Positions 27,030 to 36,687 of a stretch of 64,000 nucleotides of DNA are shown piece after piece; the stretch's first letter is position 1; each line of letters begins with the position of its first letter. The notes beneath the pieces were generated by a model. The model was not told the DNA's origin. It ran no database searches and saw only the letters and a program-made list of their open reading frames with translations. The DNA comes from an uncultured Myxococcales bacterium. Lineage in GTDB: Bacteria; Myxococcota_A; Bradymonadia; UBA4248. Both the position numbers and the translations under genes were made by a program. The stretch is taken from contig CAMCLY010000001.1 of assembly GCA_945875805.1 (NCBI GenBank), positions 197 to 64,196 of the forward strand, read 5' to 3'.

Positions 27030-28229
27030 ATGTCCTCGGAGTCCGCGTTGAACAGTTCCCCAGTCCATGCGGAGGGCGATGCCCAAAATGCATCGGCCCC
27101 CACAAATTCAGGGCAATGCCCCATGGACGAAAACATCCCTGTGGATGATTCGATCAGTCCGTGGCCGTGCATCCAGATGGCACAATACCCCGTGGCAGAC
27201 GACTGGGACGACGCGTTCCCGCTCGAACGCCTCTCCGGGTTTCAGTACGACCATATCAAAAATGCCGTGCACGCCCTGTTTCTCTCGCCCGCACTCGCAA
27301 AAACGTACGCGCAGTTGCGCGACTTTGCGTTTCAGCAGGGCGCATTCTCTAACGCCAACCGAATCGATCTCGAGTTTTTTCACAACATCCTCACCCACGA
27401 CTACCCATTCATTACCGGCAACAAACAGATCGAAATTCGCGCCGCATTTCAGATCGATTCCAAAAAGGCCCGTGGCATGGGACACCTGCGCGCATCCCAT
27501 TTCGGTCTTTATCGCGTCGGCGTCAGCGGTATGGGGTTTGCCGAACTGCACAGCCTGCTCGACGACGGCATCTGGCGCGCTTTCTTCGGGTTGGGCGAAT
27601 GTCCAACCACCGGCAGCGTCGTGTTTTGCCGACTCATGCCCGTCGGATTCGTCCCCAGATCCCTGGCCTATTCTGTCGTCGAACCCTGGGAAACCGTCGT
27701 CCCCGATCACGTCGATCACGTCGTCGCCATGTTTCGCAGGCAGTTTGACCTCTTCCGGACGCGCTTCCCAAAGGCCACCGTCAAGGCGTTTCTCAAGGCT
27801 TCCGCCTATCCCCTCTACGAATACATCGAGTCCTGTGAATTGCGCGCCGTCCTACAGAAACAGCTCGACACGGTAGACGACGAGTTGCACGCCACCACCA
27901 CCACGCTCATTTTTCCCGACGTCTCGCAAATGCCCAAAATCGACGCCCTCCCTCTCGCCTCTCCTGTCAAAGACCTCCAAGGCGTCGTGCAGAACCTCGC
28001 CACCGCCCCCATTTTCCAAGACGATGCACTTCCGGAAACCCTGCGCGAAGCCATCCTCTCCCGCGAAAAACGCGCCCTCGAAATCACGACGTTTGCTCGA
28101 CAAGCCGGAGCCAAATATGTCGAAGAATGCATTCAATCATTGCCAAAACGCACAAAGATTATTCAAAAAATTCGCATCCTCGACGAAAATGAGATGTATC
28201 GTGCCCTTCGACACTTGTTCTTGAGATGA
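27030..28229 (+). CDS. Hypothetical 399-aa protein that starts 6 nt after the enolase stop.
   Basis: It shows GC3-biased codon usage. No recognisable motif was found. It ends at its own terminator. Confidence 0.5.
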   Translation: MSSESALNSSPVHAEGDAQNASAPTNSGQCPMDENIPVDDSISPWPCIQMAQYPVADDWDDAFPLERLSGFQYDHIKNAVHALFLSPALAKTYAQLRDFAFQQGAFSNANRIDLEFFHNILTHDYPFITGNKQIEIRAAFQIDSKKARGMGHLRASHFGLYRVGVSGMGFAELHSLLDDGIWRAFFGLGECPTTGSVVFCRLMPVGFVPRSLAYSVVEPWETVVPDHVDHVVAMFRRQFDLFRTRFPKATVKAFLKASAYPLYEYIESCELRAVLQKQLDTVDDELHATTTTLIFPDVSQMPKIDALPLASPVKDLQGVVQNLATAPIFQDDALPETLREAILSREKRALEITTFARQAGAKYVEECIQSLPKRTKIIQKIRILDENEMYRALRHLFLR

Positions 28230-28281
28230 GGCCGCGCCACGCGATTTTCTTGTCACTGCGCGGCAAGGGTGGTAGGAGAAA

Positions 28282-28305
28282 GCGCCCGTTGTCGGGCGTT
28301 TTTTT
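28282..28305 (+). terminator. Rho-independent terminator (gcgcccg-ttgt-cgggcgc followed by T7).
   Basis: The hairpin plus T-run lie 50 nt after the stop at 28229. Confidence 0.55.
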
Positions 28306-28335
28306 GAACTCTAAGCTGTTTGTAGGAGAAGCAAA

Positions 28336-28518
28336 ATGGCAAAACCCGTAGTAGATACAAGCGTTTGTGTGGGATGTGGTTCGTGTGAAGCGGGATGTCC
28401 CGCCGAAGCCATCAAAGTCAGCGATGACGGCGTGGCCGTGATCGATGCCGACGCCTGCGTCGAATGCCTCGCATGCATCGACAACTGTCCCGCCGGCGCC
28501 ATCTCTGAAGGCGAATAG
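28336..28518 (+). CDS. Small 2x[4Fe-4S] ferredoxin.
   Basis: The 60-aa ORF has two CxxCxxCxxxCP motifs (CVGCGSCEAGCP, CVECLACIDNCP). RBS AGGAGAAG. Confidence 0.8.
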   Translation: MAKPVVDTSVCVGCGSCEAGCPAEAIKVSDDGVAVIDADACVECLACIDNCPAGAISEGE

Positions 28519-28532
28519 TTTTTTTTGTGGGG

Positions 28533-28609
28533 GGACGATGTCCCCCCACCCCCCCCCGAAATGCGAAAGCGCCCACGCGGCTTTGCCGCGCGGGCGCTTT
28601 CGCATTTCA
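28533..28609. repeat. Two strong hairpins 3' of the ferredoxin gene. The first is the G6/C6 hairpin GGGGGGACGATGTCCCCCC. The second is a 22-bp-stem palindrome GAAATGCGAAAGCGCCC(A/G)CGCGGC-aaag-GCCGCGCGGGCGCTTTCGCATTTC.
   Basis: Read directly. They probably act as terminators or RNA-stability elements. Confidence 0.5.
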
Positions 28610-28964
28610 TGAGGGGAGCAAGGTCTGAGGAATATTGGGGCTCTTGGTGATCGAACTCGCTTTTTGGGGCCGTATGACGAAGGAAATCAAGGGATCCTTG
28701 AATTTTCACACGTTCCACGGAAATGGAAAGCCTGAAAAAAACGGTTTTTGAAAATCTTTGTATTTATGAGAAGTGTAGAATAGAATGAGAAAATAACATT
28801 CTATCGATCGGATGATGTTTGTATAGGATTTTTAGAATCCTAAGTGATTGAAATTTGGAGGTTTTTTCTCCAATTTATCTTGCCATCTGCTATACTTGAT
28901 TGGGTGTTGCGCACATCTGGTGCGCATGGGATGACTTGCGTCGTCGATAAACGGAGACATCGAT

Positions 28965-31088
28965 ATGAAACAAAACAAACTTTTTATATGGGCATGGTTG
29001 CTCACGTGCGTCCTCTGGACGGGATGCGACGATTCGGTAACGGTCCGTGTGTCGTGTGAGGAGCAAAACGCAACGCTGTGTGTGAATAATAAAGTATATA
29101 TATGTATAGATCATACATGGCAGAATCCTCAAGATTGTGTGGCAGGGTGTGATGATGCAAAAAAGACATGTTTAGAAAAGTGCAAAGAAAGTCAAGAACG
29201 ATGCAGTGATGATAAAAATAATATAGAAGTTTGTCAATCCGATGGAACGTGGCAGTCACATCCGTGTGGTGAAGGGCAGAAATGCGATATTGAAAATGTG
29301 AGATGTGAGCCTGAATCGGATGATGTTGAATGTACAGAAGAAAATTATCAATGTACAGGAACAATACTACAGGTTTGCAAGTCTGGAAATTGGGAGACCA
29401 GTAAAGAGTGCAACGAAGGAGAAATATGTGATGAGGATTCGCAGTCTTGCATGAAAAAACCTGTAGAAAATAAATGCAGTGAAGAAGGAAAGATTCAATG
29501 TAGAAACGAAGGCGATTCGCATTATATGATGTGTAAGGGTGGAATATGGACTTTAGAAGAATGTCCAGAAGATGAGGCTTGTTTTGGTGATGATTGTCGT
29601 AAGAAGTGTGAACATGATGAAATAAATTCAGTGTGTCAAGGCGTAGATAAAATTGAAGTGTGTCATCAAGAGGGCTATTGGGACGAATTGCAGAAATGTG
29701 AAGCGGAAAAACAATGTATTGAAAATGATGTGGATGGAAAAAAAGTTGCGCGTTGTGTAGAAAAATGTGATCCTAACAAGGTTTTTCTTCAGTGTGCAAA
29801 AAATATATCAATAGGGGGTGAAAATATTGAGATGTTAGAGGTATGTTATAATGATAGGTTGCATTTGTTCGGTGAGAAATGTATGTATGGCTGTGATGAT
29901 GAGAAAATGAAATGTCGAGAATGTAAGCAAGGTGGCGGTTGCTTTATTTACGACACATTATCCATGTCTAAAGAAAAGGGCTACTATGCTTTTTGTAAGG
30001 ACGGTTATTGGTCGTATAGCGTGTGTGATCAAGATGGAGTGAGTTGTGATGAATACAAAAATGAATGTACTTGTGTGAGTGGGCAAAAAATATGTGCAGT
30101 GGATAAAAATGGTACAGATGTTATGTTGATGTGTGAAAATGAAAGATGGCGTTCGGTCTATTGTCCACAAAGTGAAAAGGGCGATGGATGTGATGGGGGT
30201 AGGAATAAGTGTGTGTCAATAGGAGATACGGCTGTATGGGGAGAATGTTCGCTTGATGATGTATATGGATATTATGGTAAAGATAATAAAAATTATTATA
30301 AAAAATGTAATACTCAAGGGATGTGGAAAGAAATAGAAACTTGCGAGGGTGATAATTGTGATAAAGTGACTTATAATGAATGTGTTTCAGGAAATTCATA
30401 TTGCGCAAAAGATGGTACTATTTTATCTTGTAATGGCGGTAAATTGCAAGTGGATGAAAAATGTGAAGCTTGTAGTGAGTATAATGATAATGACAAGGTA
30501 AAGGCTAAATGTGAAGGATGTAAAAACGGTGTATTTGGATGTGAAGATAATAAACTGTCTAGATGTGAGCATGGTGATTGGGTTGAGATGGATGAGTGTG
30601 AGGATGACTTGGTTTGTAATAGTGAAATAGGTGTTTGTCACAAGATGATTGAACGCAACTCTTGTGCGGCTAATGGGGGAATTGCGTATGCGCTCCTTTT
30701 GGATAAAAATTCTGATCAAAAACAAATAATCCAGTGTGAAAATAAATGTTATGTGTATGATGATAATCAATCGGCGGTGGCATGTGATAAGGATTCTCTT
30801 GGGAATTATGCTTCTCTGGATGGAGACGGTGTGTGGCGGGTTAAACATCCATATGCAATAGAAATAACATGTCCTAACGAAGTTATCACCACGGATTGGT
30901 ATAGATGTTCTCTTTTTAATGAAAACTTTAAATGTATAGAAGGTCGTTATCAATGTGGTCAGAATAATAGTGTAGAATTGTGTGTTGGGGAATCTTGGAG
31001 ATCCGAATATCAAAATGTCGGAACCTGTCCTAAAGGAACAAGGTGCGATGATTCTGGCAACTTCGTCCGATGTGTGCCAAATGACTAA
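28965..31088 (+). CDS. Cys-rich repeat lipoprotein (Myxococcus-type cysteine-rich repeats). The gene body is strongly A+T-rich.
   Basis: The lipobox is MKQNKLFIWAWLLTCVLWTGC. The 707-aa protein has about 90 Cys in recurring C..G.C...C motifs. The nucleotide composition switches from GC-normal (the first roughly 120 nt) to A+T-rich for about 1.9 kb. Confidence 0.7.
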   Translation: MKQNKLFIWAWLLTCVLWTGCDDSVTVRVSCEEQNATLCVNNKVYICIDHTWQNPQDCVAGCDDAKKTCLEKCKESQERCSDDKNNIEVCQSDGTWQSHPCGEGQKCDIENVRCEPESDDVECTEENYQCTGTILQVCKSGNWETSKECNEGEICDEDSQSCMKKPVENKCSEEGKIQCRNEGDSHYMMCKGGIWTLEECPEDEACFGDDCRKKCEHDEINSVCQGVDKIEVCHQEGYWDELQKCEAEKQCIENDVDGKKVARCVEKCDPNKVFLQCAKNISIGGENIEMLEVCYNDRLHLFGEKCMYGCDDEKMKCRECKQGGGCFIYDTLSMSKEKGYYAFCKDGYWSYSVCDQDGVSCDEYKNECTCVSGQKICAVDKNGTDVMLMCENERWRSVYCPQSEKGDGCDGGRNKCVSIGDTAVWGECSLDDVYGYYGKDNKNYYKKCNTQGMWKEIETCEGDNCDKVTYNECVSGNSYCAKDGTILSCNGGKLQVDEKCEACSEYNDNDKVKAKCEGCKNGVFGCEDNKLSRCEHGDWVEMDECEDDLVCNSEIGVCHKMIERNSCAANGGIAYALLLDKNSDQKQIIQCENKCYVYDDNQSAVACDKDSLGNYASLDGDGVWRVKHPYAIEITCPNEVITTDWYRCSLFNENFKCIEGRYQCGQNNSVELCVGESWRSEYQNVGTCPKGTRCDDSGNFVRCVPND

Positions 31089-31298
31089 TGCGTTGTGTCA
31101 AAAGGTTTGGCGACACATTGCGTCATGTGACTGGGAGAAAGCATCAGCGAGTGTGTTTGCGTTCAGATGGGTGGGGGCGTGGAGATACATTTTATGATAT
31201 TTGCAACATTTGGGAGGGGTCGCTATAGTGAAAGGAGTTTTTTACGGGCGCCTGTATGGGGCTCGTGATCGTCATGTATTTTGATATATGGAGGAATT

Positions 31299-33629
31299 AT
31301 GCGTTCTTATAAGATGGCTTTTGTATTGGCGTGCATGGGTCTTGCGGGACTGGCGGGGTGCAGTGAGGACTCGGTGGGTCTTGTCCTCAAGTGTACGCCG
31401 GGTGTGACGAAGTGTGAGAATAACACGCTTTCGATTTGTCTGGCGACGGCGTGGCAGGACATGGCCTGTCCTGCGGGGTGTAATGCGGCCGGTACGGATT
31501 GCGCCATTCCCGAGGGGGTCGAATGCGTGGTGACGCAGTGCAAGGATGATTCGACGCTTGCGGTCTGTACGGATGGCAAACTTTCGTTGCAGAAGTGTCC
31601 CAATGGGTGTCAGGGGTTTGCCTGTACCGAAGCGCCAGTGACCGAGTGTGAGGCGGGGGCCAAGAAATGCAGTGAGGACGGCAAGGGCGTGGCCGTGTGC
31701 GGCGTGGACGGCAAGTGGGGGAGTGTCACGGCATGTGAGGGCGATCTCGTGTGCGATCCTGTCACGGCGGAGTGCAAAGGTGGCGAGGTGACGCCGGAGT
31801 GTGAGGCGGGGGCCAAGAAATGCAGTGAGGACGGCAAGGGCGTGGCAGTGTGCGGCGAGGATGGTGCGTGGGGTGACGCTGTGGCGTGTGAGGGCGATCT
31901 CGTGTGCGATCCGCTGAGCAAGGAATGCAAAGACGCCGGTTCGGTGGCCGAATGTGCGCCTGGGGCCAAACAATGTGCCGTCGAGAGCAATGGCGTCGTC
32001 GTCTGTGGCGAGGACGGCAAGTGGGGGAGTGTCACGGCGTGTGAGGGGGATCTCGTGTGCGATCCTGCCACGGCGGAGTGCAAGAATGGCGAGGTGACGC
32101 CGGAGTGTGAGGCGGGAGCCAAGAAGTGCAGCGATGACGGCAAAGCCTCCATTGTCTGTGGTGAAGACGGCGTGTGGGGTGAACCCTCCACCTGCGATAT
32201 TGGCATGGCATGCGATGCCGCATCGGGGGAATGCAAGGCGGTGGTCGAACCACTCTGTGCCAAAGGCGAACTCAAGTGCAGCGATGATCACCAGAACCTC
32301 CTCGTCTGCAATGAAGCGGGCGACGGATGGGCGGAAGAGAAGAAGTGCGATAGAGATCAAAAGTGTCTTGTTGTGGAAGGCGTTGCGCAGTGTGTCAAGG
32401 CCGACTGTGTGCCTGGCCAGACGCAGTGTGCGGACGACATCTATCTCCAGACATGTGATGCAAACGGCAAATGGGCCAAGTCCCTGTGTCCGGACACGGC
32501 GGGCAAATGTGCCGTTATCGATGACGTGGCACAATGCGTCCAGTGCGCGCCGGGCTCGCAGCAGTGTGTCGATGATTCCAACATCAAATATTGTGGCGAC
32601 GACGGCAAATGGAGTGAGATCGAAGCATGCCCGTCGAATGGCCGGTGCGACACCAAGAAGAATGTGTGTACCTGCAATAACGGTGGCTACAACTGCACGG
32701 CATCGGGCGACTTCCAGGTTTGTGAGAACAGGGTGTACAAGACGGTAGAGCAGTGCGGCAGCAAGGAGGCATGCAGTACTTCCATAGACGCGGGTAAGAA
32801 TGTCTATCCCGGTTGTGTCTGTACGCCGAAGATTGGGGACAAGGCGGCCGAAACGCGATGTAACGAAGACAAATCCGGCATTCAGATATGCGAGCTCAGA
32901 ACGCTGAGTTATTATAACCAGTATACGCGCTGGGTTGACGGCGAATCCTGTGACGGTGGCGCCTGCATGATGGGCGAGGACAAGGTTGCGTATTGTTCGT
33001 GCAGTGACAATGATGTGCGTTGTCAGGCGCAGGATAAGGGCACGTCTCTTGAGTATTGTTATCTTGGAAAATGGCTTGAGGTCACGACGTGCAAAAGGGA
33101 GGCGGACTTTACCAATTCCTGCAATGCCGAGATCGGTGCATGTGTGAGCCAGTGCAAGATTATATCGTCCTCTTTGATACCTGGAGCTAGCACACCCGAG
33201 AGGACGTGCTCAGGCAATACGCTCATGACGTGTGAAAACGGCATCTTTGTGGCGCAGGAATGTGAGAACGGGTGTACTTTGTTGGGTTTAGGTTTGAGTG
33301 CGCAATGTAGAGACGAAGAAGTGACGTGTTCGGCTATCAATATCGGCAAAGGGCTGTGTCATGAAGACGGCAAAGGGTACAGTTTGTGCCAGAGCGCTCA
33401 TAGCGGTGAGATGACCGATATCGAATGCAAGGACAACGAAGTCTGTGTGAACGCTTCTCCACGGCCGGAAGTCGCCTGCGAGGCAAAAATGTGCGAAGAG
33501 GGCGCCTATTCGTGCACCGATGATGGAAAATCCGTGCGTCAGTGTGTCAATAATGCCTACAGTTTTGTGGGCACCTGCCCTGACAAGACGACGTGCGAAA
33601 AAGGCAAGTGCGTCCTTGCGATCAAATAA
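31299..33629 (+). CDS. Cys-rich repeat lipoprotein. It is a GC-normal paralog of the preceding gene.
   Basis: The lipobox is MRSYKMAFVLACMGLAGLAGC and GGAGG lies upstream. It has the same N-terminal architecture as the 28965 gene. It contains 4 x 51-aa internal repeats. Confidence 0.7.
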   Translation: MRSYKMAFVLACMGLAGLAGCSEDSVGLVLKCTPGVTKCENNTLSICLATAWQDMACPAGCNAAGTDCAIPEGVECVVTQCKDDSTLAVCTDGKLSLQKCPNGCQGFACTEAPVTECEAGAKKCSEDGKGVAVCGVDGKWGSVTACEGDLVCDPVTAECKGGEVTPECEAGAKKCSEDGKGVAVCGEDGAWGDAVACEGDLVCDPLSKECKDAGSVAECAPGAKQCAVESNGVVVCGEDGKWGSVTACEGDLVCDPATAECKNGEVTPECEAGAKKCSDDGKASIVCGEDGVWGEPSTCDIGMACDAASGECKAVVEPLCAKGELKCSDDHQNLLVCNEAGDGWAEEKKCDRDQKCLVVEGVAQCVKADCVPGQTQCADDIYLQTCDANGKWAKSLCPDTAGKCAVIDDVAQCVQCAPGSQQCVDDSNIKYCGDDGKWSEIEACPSNGRCDTKKNVCTCNNGGYNCTASGDFQVCENRVYKTVEQCGSKEACSTSIDAGKNVYPGCVCTPKIGDKAAETRCNEDKSGIQICELRTLSYYNQYTRWVDGESCDGGACMMGEDKVAYCSCSDNDVRCQAQDKGTSLEYCYLGKWLEVTTCKREADFTNSCNAEIGACVSQCKIISSSLIPGASTPERTCSGNTLMTCENGIFVAQECENGCTLLGLGLSAQCRDEEVTCSAINIGKGLCHEDGKGYSLCQSAHSGEMTDIECKDNEVCVNASPRPEVACEAKMCEEGAYSCTDDGKSVRQCVNNAYSFVGTCPDKTTCEKGKCVLAIK
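31644..32255 (+). repeat. A 4 x 153-bp in-frame tandem repeat (ECEAGAKKCSEDGKGVAVCGxDGKWGSVTACEGDLVCDP.TAECK.GEVTP) inside the Cys-rich lipoprotein gene.
   Basis: Unit starts at 31644, 31797, 31950 and 32103 were read directly. Copies 1/2 and 3/4 are nearly identical at the nucleotide level. Confidence 0.85.
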
Positions 33630-33750
33630 CGCGAGCGTGTGACGCGTTTTCAAGAGGCCTTCTTTTCGGAGAGGGCCTTTTTTTTGAGTGCTTCCGGGGT
33701 GGGGTTTGTGTGGGGCCGCCCTTTGCGCGAGGCGCATACGGGCCGGCCGC

Positions 33751-33846
33751 GCGGTCTATGCTTTGGCATACGCCCGCGCATTTTTCTGTGTGTCGGCATC
33801 ACCAGAGGGATTGGGCGAGCGTATCGGCCGCGCCGATAGCTCGCCC
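33751..33846. repeat. Two REP-like hairpins (GTCTATGC-tttg-GCATACGC and GCGAGCGTATCGGCC-gcg-CCGATAGCTCGC) upstream of dnaK.
   Basis: The inverted repeats were read directly. Confidence 0.7.
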
Positions 33847-34032
33847 GGGGCGCGCGTATTGGGCACCGGAGGTGTCCCAAAAGCGCCCCCCACAAAAAAC
33901 GCAAAAAAAATTTGCCCTTACCGAACGGTGTTTACTCTCCCGGGCCAGTTGCGAGGCACGAAAAAAACGTGCGCAGTGATCATTACGGTCCGACGGGCCG
34001 TTTGCATATTTTATAAAAAAGGAGAGATTGAT

Positions 34033-35931
34033 ATGGGAAAAATCATTGGTATTGACCTTGGAACGACGAATTCTTGTGTAGCGGTTCTCGAAGGCAGCGA
34101 GCCGAAGGTGATCACGAACGAGGAAGGGGATCGGACGACGCCGTCGGTGGTGGCGTTTGACGACAAGGGCGAGACGATCGTGGGACAGTTTGCGCGTCGT
34201 CAGGCGACGATGAACTATGAGAACACGATTTTCAGCGCGAAACGCTTTATCGGGATGAAGTATTCGGAGCGTGCGGACGAGGCGCAGCACATGCCGTTCA
34301 AGGTGGTGTCGTTGGCGAATGGCGCGGCGGGGTTTGAGGCGCGTGGCAAACAGTACACGCCGCCCGAAATCAGCGCGAAGGTGTTGCAGAAACTCAAACG
34401 CGACGCGGAGAAGTATCTTGGGCAGCAGGTGACGGAAGCGGTCATCACGGTGCCGGCGTATTTCAATGACTCTCAGCGTCAGGCGACGAAGGATGCGGGG
34501 AAGATTGCGGGTCTGAACGTGCGTCGAATCATCAACGAACCGACGGCGGCGGCGCTGGCGTATGGTTTGGACAAGAAGAAAGACGAGACGATTGCCGTGT
34601 ATGACTTTGGTGGCGGCACGTTTGATATTTCGATTCTCGAAGTGGGTGACAATGTCGTGGAAGTCATTTCGACGAACGGCGACACGCACCTTGGCGGCGA
34701 CAACATCGACGAGCTGATCATCGACTGGCTGGTGAGCGAGTTCAAGAAGGACAGCGGGATCGATGTGAGCAAGGACAAGATGGTGTTGCAGCGTCTGCGC
34801 GATGAGGCCGAGAAGGCGAAGAAAGCGCTCTCGACGATGACGACGACGAACATCAACCTTCCGTTTTTGACGGCGGATGCGACGGGTCCGAAGCATTTGA
34901 ATGTGAACCTTTCGCGTGCGCAGTTTGAGGACATGATTTCGGACATTGTGGCGAAGACGCTGGAACCCTGCAAGAAGGCGTTGCGCGATGCGAACAAGAC
35001 GGTGTCGGATATCGACGAGGTGGTTCTGGTCGGCGGTTCGACGCGTATTCCTCTTGTTCAGCAGGAGGTGGAGAAATTCTTTGGCAAACGTTCCAACCAC
35101 AGCGTGAACCCGGACGAAGTGGTGGCGCTGGGCGCGGCGATTCAGGGTGGTGTTTTGGCCGGCGATGTGAAGGACATTCTTCTTCTCGACGTGACGCCGC
35201 TTTCGCTGGGGATTGAGACGCTTGGTGGAGTGACGACCAAGCTCATTCCCCGCAACACGACGATTCCTACGCGCAAGAGCGAGGTTTTCACGACGGCGGA
35301 TGACAACCAGACGAAAGTCACGGTGCATGTGCTTCAGGGTGAGCGCGAAATGGCGTCGCAGAACCGTACGCTTGCCAAGTTCAATCTCGAAGGGATTCCG
35401 GCCGCTCCGCGTGGAGTGCCTCAGATCGAAGTGACGTTTGACATCAATGCCGACGGCATTGTGAACGTATCGGCGAAAGACAAGGCGACGGGCAAGGAGC
35501 AGCGTGTGACCATCGAGGCTTCCTCCGGGCTCAACCAGAGCGACATCGACCGCATGGTGAACGAGGCGAAGGAACACGAAGCGGAAGACAAGAAGCGTCG
35601 TGAAATCGTCGATGCCAAAAATGAACTCGATTCGTTCATTTTCTCGGCCGAAAAGAGCGTCAAGGACTATGGCGACAAGCTTCAGGCTTCGGACGTCGAG
35701 GCTTTGAACAAGGCGATCGAAGAGGCGAAATCCAAGAAGGATTCGGACGATCTCGACACACTCAAGGCGGCGAAGGAACAGTTGATGAATGCGTCGCACA
35801 AAATCGCGGAAGTGATGTATGCACAGGCCAATCAGCAGGGTGCTGGTGCGGCGCCTGGCGCTGCGTCCAACGCCGGTTCGGCCAAAAAAGACGACGATGT
35901 GATCGACGCCGAATTTGAAGACCAGAACTGA
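34033..35931 (+). CDS. dnaK: Molecular chaperone DnaK (Hsp70).
   Basis: The ORF begins [21 protein letters not shown]...DLGGGTFD...[18 protein letters not shown] lies 7 nt upstream of the ATG at 34033. The ORF-track N-terminal extension was rejected. Confidence 0.95.
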   Translation: MGKIIGIDLGTTNSCVAVLEGSEPKVITNEEGDRTTPSVVAFDDKGETIVGQFARRQATMNYENTIFSAKRFIGMKYSERADEAQHMPFKVVSLANGAAGFEARGKQYTPPEISAKVLQKLKRDAEKYLGQQVTEAVITVPAYFNDSQRQATKDAGKIAGLNVRRIINEPTAAALAYGLDKKKDETIAVYDFGGGTFDISILEVGDNVVEVISTNGDTHLGGDNIDELIIDWLVSEFKKDSGIDVSKDKMVLQRLRDEAEKAKKALSTMTTTNINLPFLTADATGPKHLNVNLSRAQFEDMISDIVAKTLEPCKKALRDANKTVSDIDEVVLVGGSTRIPLVQQEVEKFFGKRSNHSVNPDEVVALGAAIQGGVLAGDVKDILLLDVTPLSLGIETLGGVTTKLIPRNTTIPTRKSEVFTTADDNQTKVTVHVLQGEREMASQNRTLAKFNLEGIPAAPRGVPQIEVTFDINADGIVNVSAKDKATGKEQRVTIEASSGLNQSDIDRMVNEAKEHEAEDKKRREIVDAKNELDSFIFSAEKSVKDYGDKLQASDVEALNKAIEEAKSKKDSDDLDTLKAAKEQLMNASHKIAEVMYAQANQQGAGAAPGAASNAGSAKKDDDVIDAEFEDQN

Positions 35932-35962
35932 TCGGACAGGTGTTGAAAACCGTCTGTTCCAA

Positions 35963-35993
35963 TCCCCCGGGAGGCTCCCGGGGGATTTTTTTT
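35963..35993 (+). terminator. Rho-independent terminator of dnaK (CCCCCGGGAGgctCCCGGGGG followed by T9).
   Basis: The hairpin plus T-run lie 30 nt after the stop. Confidence 0.65.
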
Positions 35994-36034
35994 GTCAATA
36001 AAAAGTCACAAAGTGTCATAGGTTGTCAAAAATA

Positions 36035-36063
36035 TTGTCACTTTTGAAAAGTGGATGTATAAA
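36035..36063 (+). promoter_or_regulatory. Candidate sigma70 promoter TTGTCA-N17-TATAAA, preceded by five phased TGTCA direct repeats (35993-36040).
   Basis: The hexamers and spacing were read by eye. The site is about 85 nt upstream of the 36147 lipoprotein start. Confidence 0.35.
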
Positions 36064-36146
36064 TCATGATCGGTTGGTTTGGGCAAAGCAAAGTGTGATC
36101 AAACCTGCACAGCTGTGTGCCGTGCGCTGTATTTTATGAGGATTTG

Positions 36147-36539
36147 ATGTTGAAAAGAACAAGAACGTGGTTGTCTGTCTGTCTGGTGATGGGTTGTTTG
36201 TCGTGTTTCGGGCTGGTGTCGTGCAGTGACGACGACGAGGGATTTTCTGCCGAAGCGGTGTGCGAACACAAAGTGTCGTGTTTTGAGCTCGAAGAGGGCC
36301 GGGTTGAAGAAGAGTATAATTCCTGCGTAGCAGATGCGAAAGCGGGTGCTGAAGGCTCCAAGCTGATTGGGTGTTTGTCGGAATACAGTGCTGCGCAGAG
36401 ATGTATCGGTTCGGCGCCATGTTCTTCATTTGAACACACGGATGAAGAGGATTACGAAAATCATATTTGTTTTAAAGAATTCGATGCGTACATGCATTGT
36501 GTAAAGTCAAACATGCCTGACGACGCGTGGGCTGAGTAG
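36147..36539 (+). CDS. Small Cys-containing lipoprotein with 8 Cys, paralog 1.
   Basis: The lipobox is MLKRTRTWLSVCLVMGCLSC. It is followed by its own terminator. Confidence 0.55.
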   Translation: MLKRTRTWLSVCLVMGCLSCFGLVSCSDDDEGFSAEAVCEHKVSCFELEEGRVEEEYNSCVADAKAGAEGSKLIGCLSEYSAAQRCIGSAPCSSFEHTDEEDYENHICFKEFDAYMHCVKSNMPDDAWAE

Positions 36540-36561
36540 TGGTGATTTTTTGTGTCGACAA

Positions 36562-36589
36562 ACGCCCGGATTGATCCGGGCGTTTTTTT
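36562..36589 (+). terminator. Rho-independent terminator (cgcccggat-tga-tccgggcg followed by T7).
   Basis: Read directly. Confidence 0.6.
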
Positions 36590-36687
36590 GCGTTCGGGTG
36601 GCGATAGTTTTTGGTAAAAAAGCGTTGGCGCTGTGACAGGGATGAGGCATGGCGTGCAGGTGGATTGCGATTTTTGGAGGAGGCTTT

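Noticed and set aside
28700-31270. Prophage or insertion sequence explaining the A+T-rich islands (also 45165-45296 and 46960-47420).
   Set aside because: No integrase, transposase, terminal inverted repeats or tRNA-adjacent att site was seen. The composition anomaly is confined to a single ORF body with native-looking ends. A mobile element is therefore not supported, although horizontal origin remains likely.
33860-34032. A CIRCE/HrcA operator or sigma32 promoter upstream of dnaK.
   Set aside because: No TTAGCACTC-N9-GAGTGCTAA inverted repeat was found, and there is no convincing TTGAAA/CCCCAT pair. The region is dominated by REP hairpins instead.
33688-35799. A 747-aa plus-strand ORF with an N-terminal extension of dnaK, and a 666-aa minus-strand ORF.
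   Set aside because: DnaK begins at [10 protein letters not shown] (34033), which has a GGAGAG RBS. The upstream 115 codons run through REP hairpins and the dnaK promoter region. The minus ORF is antisense.
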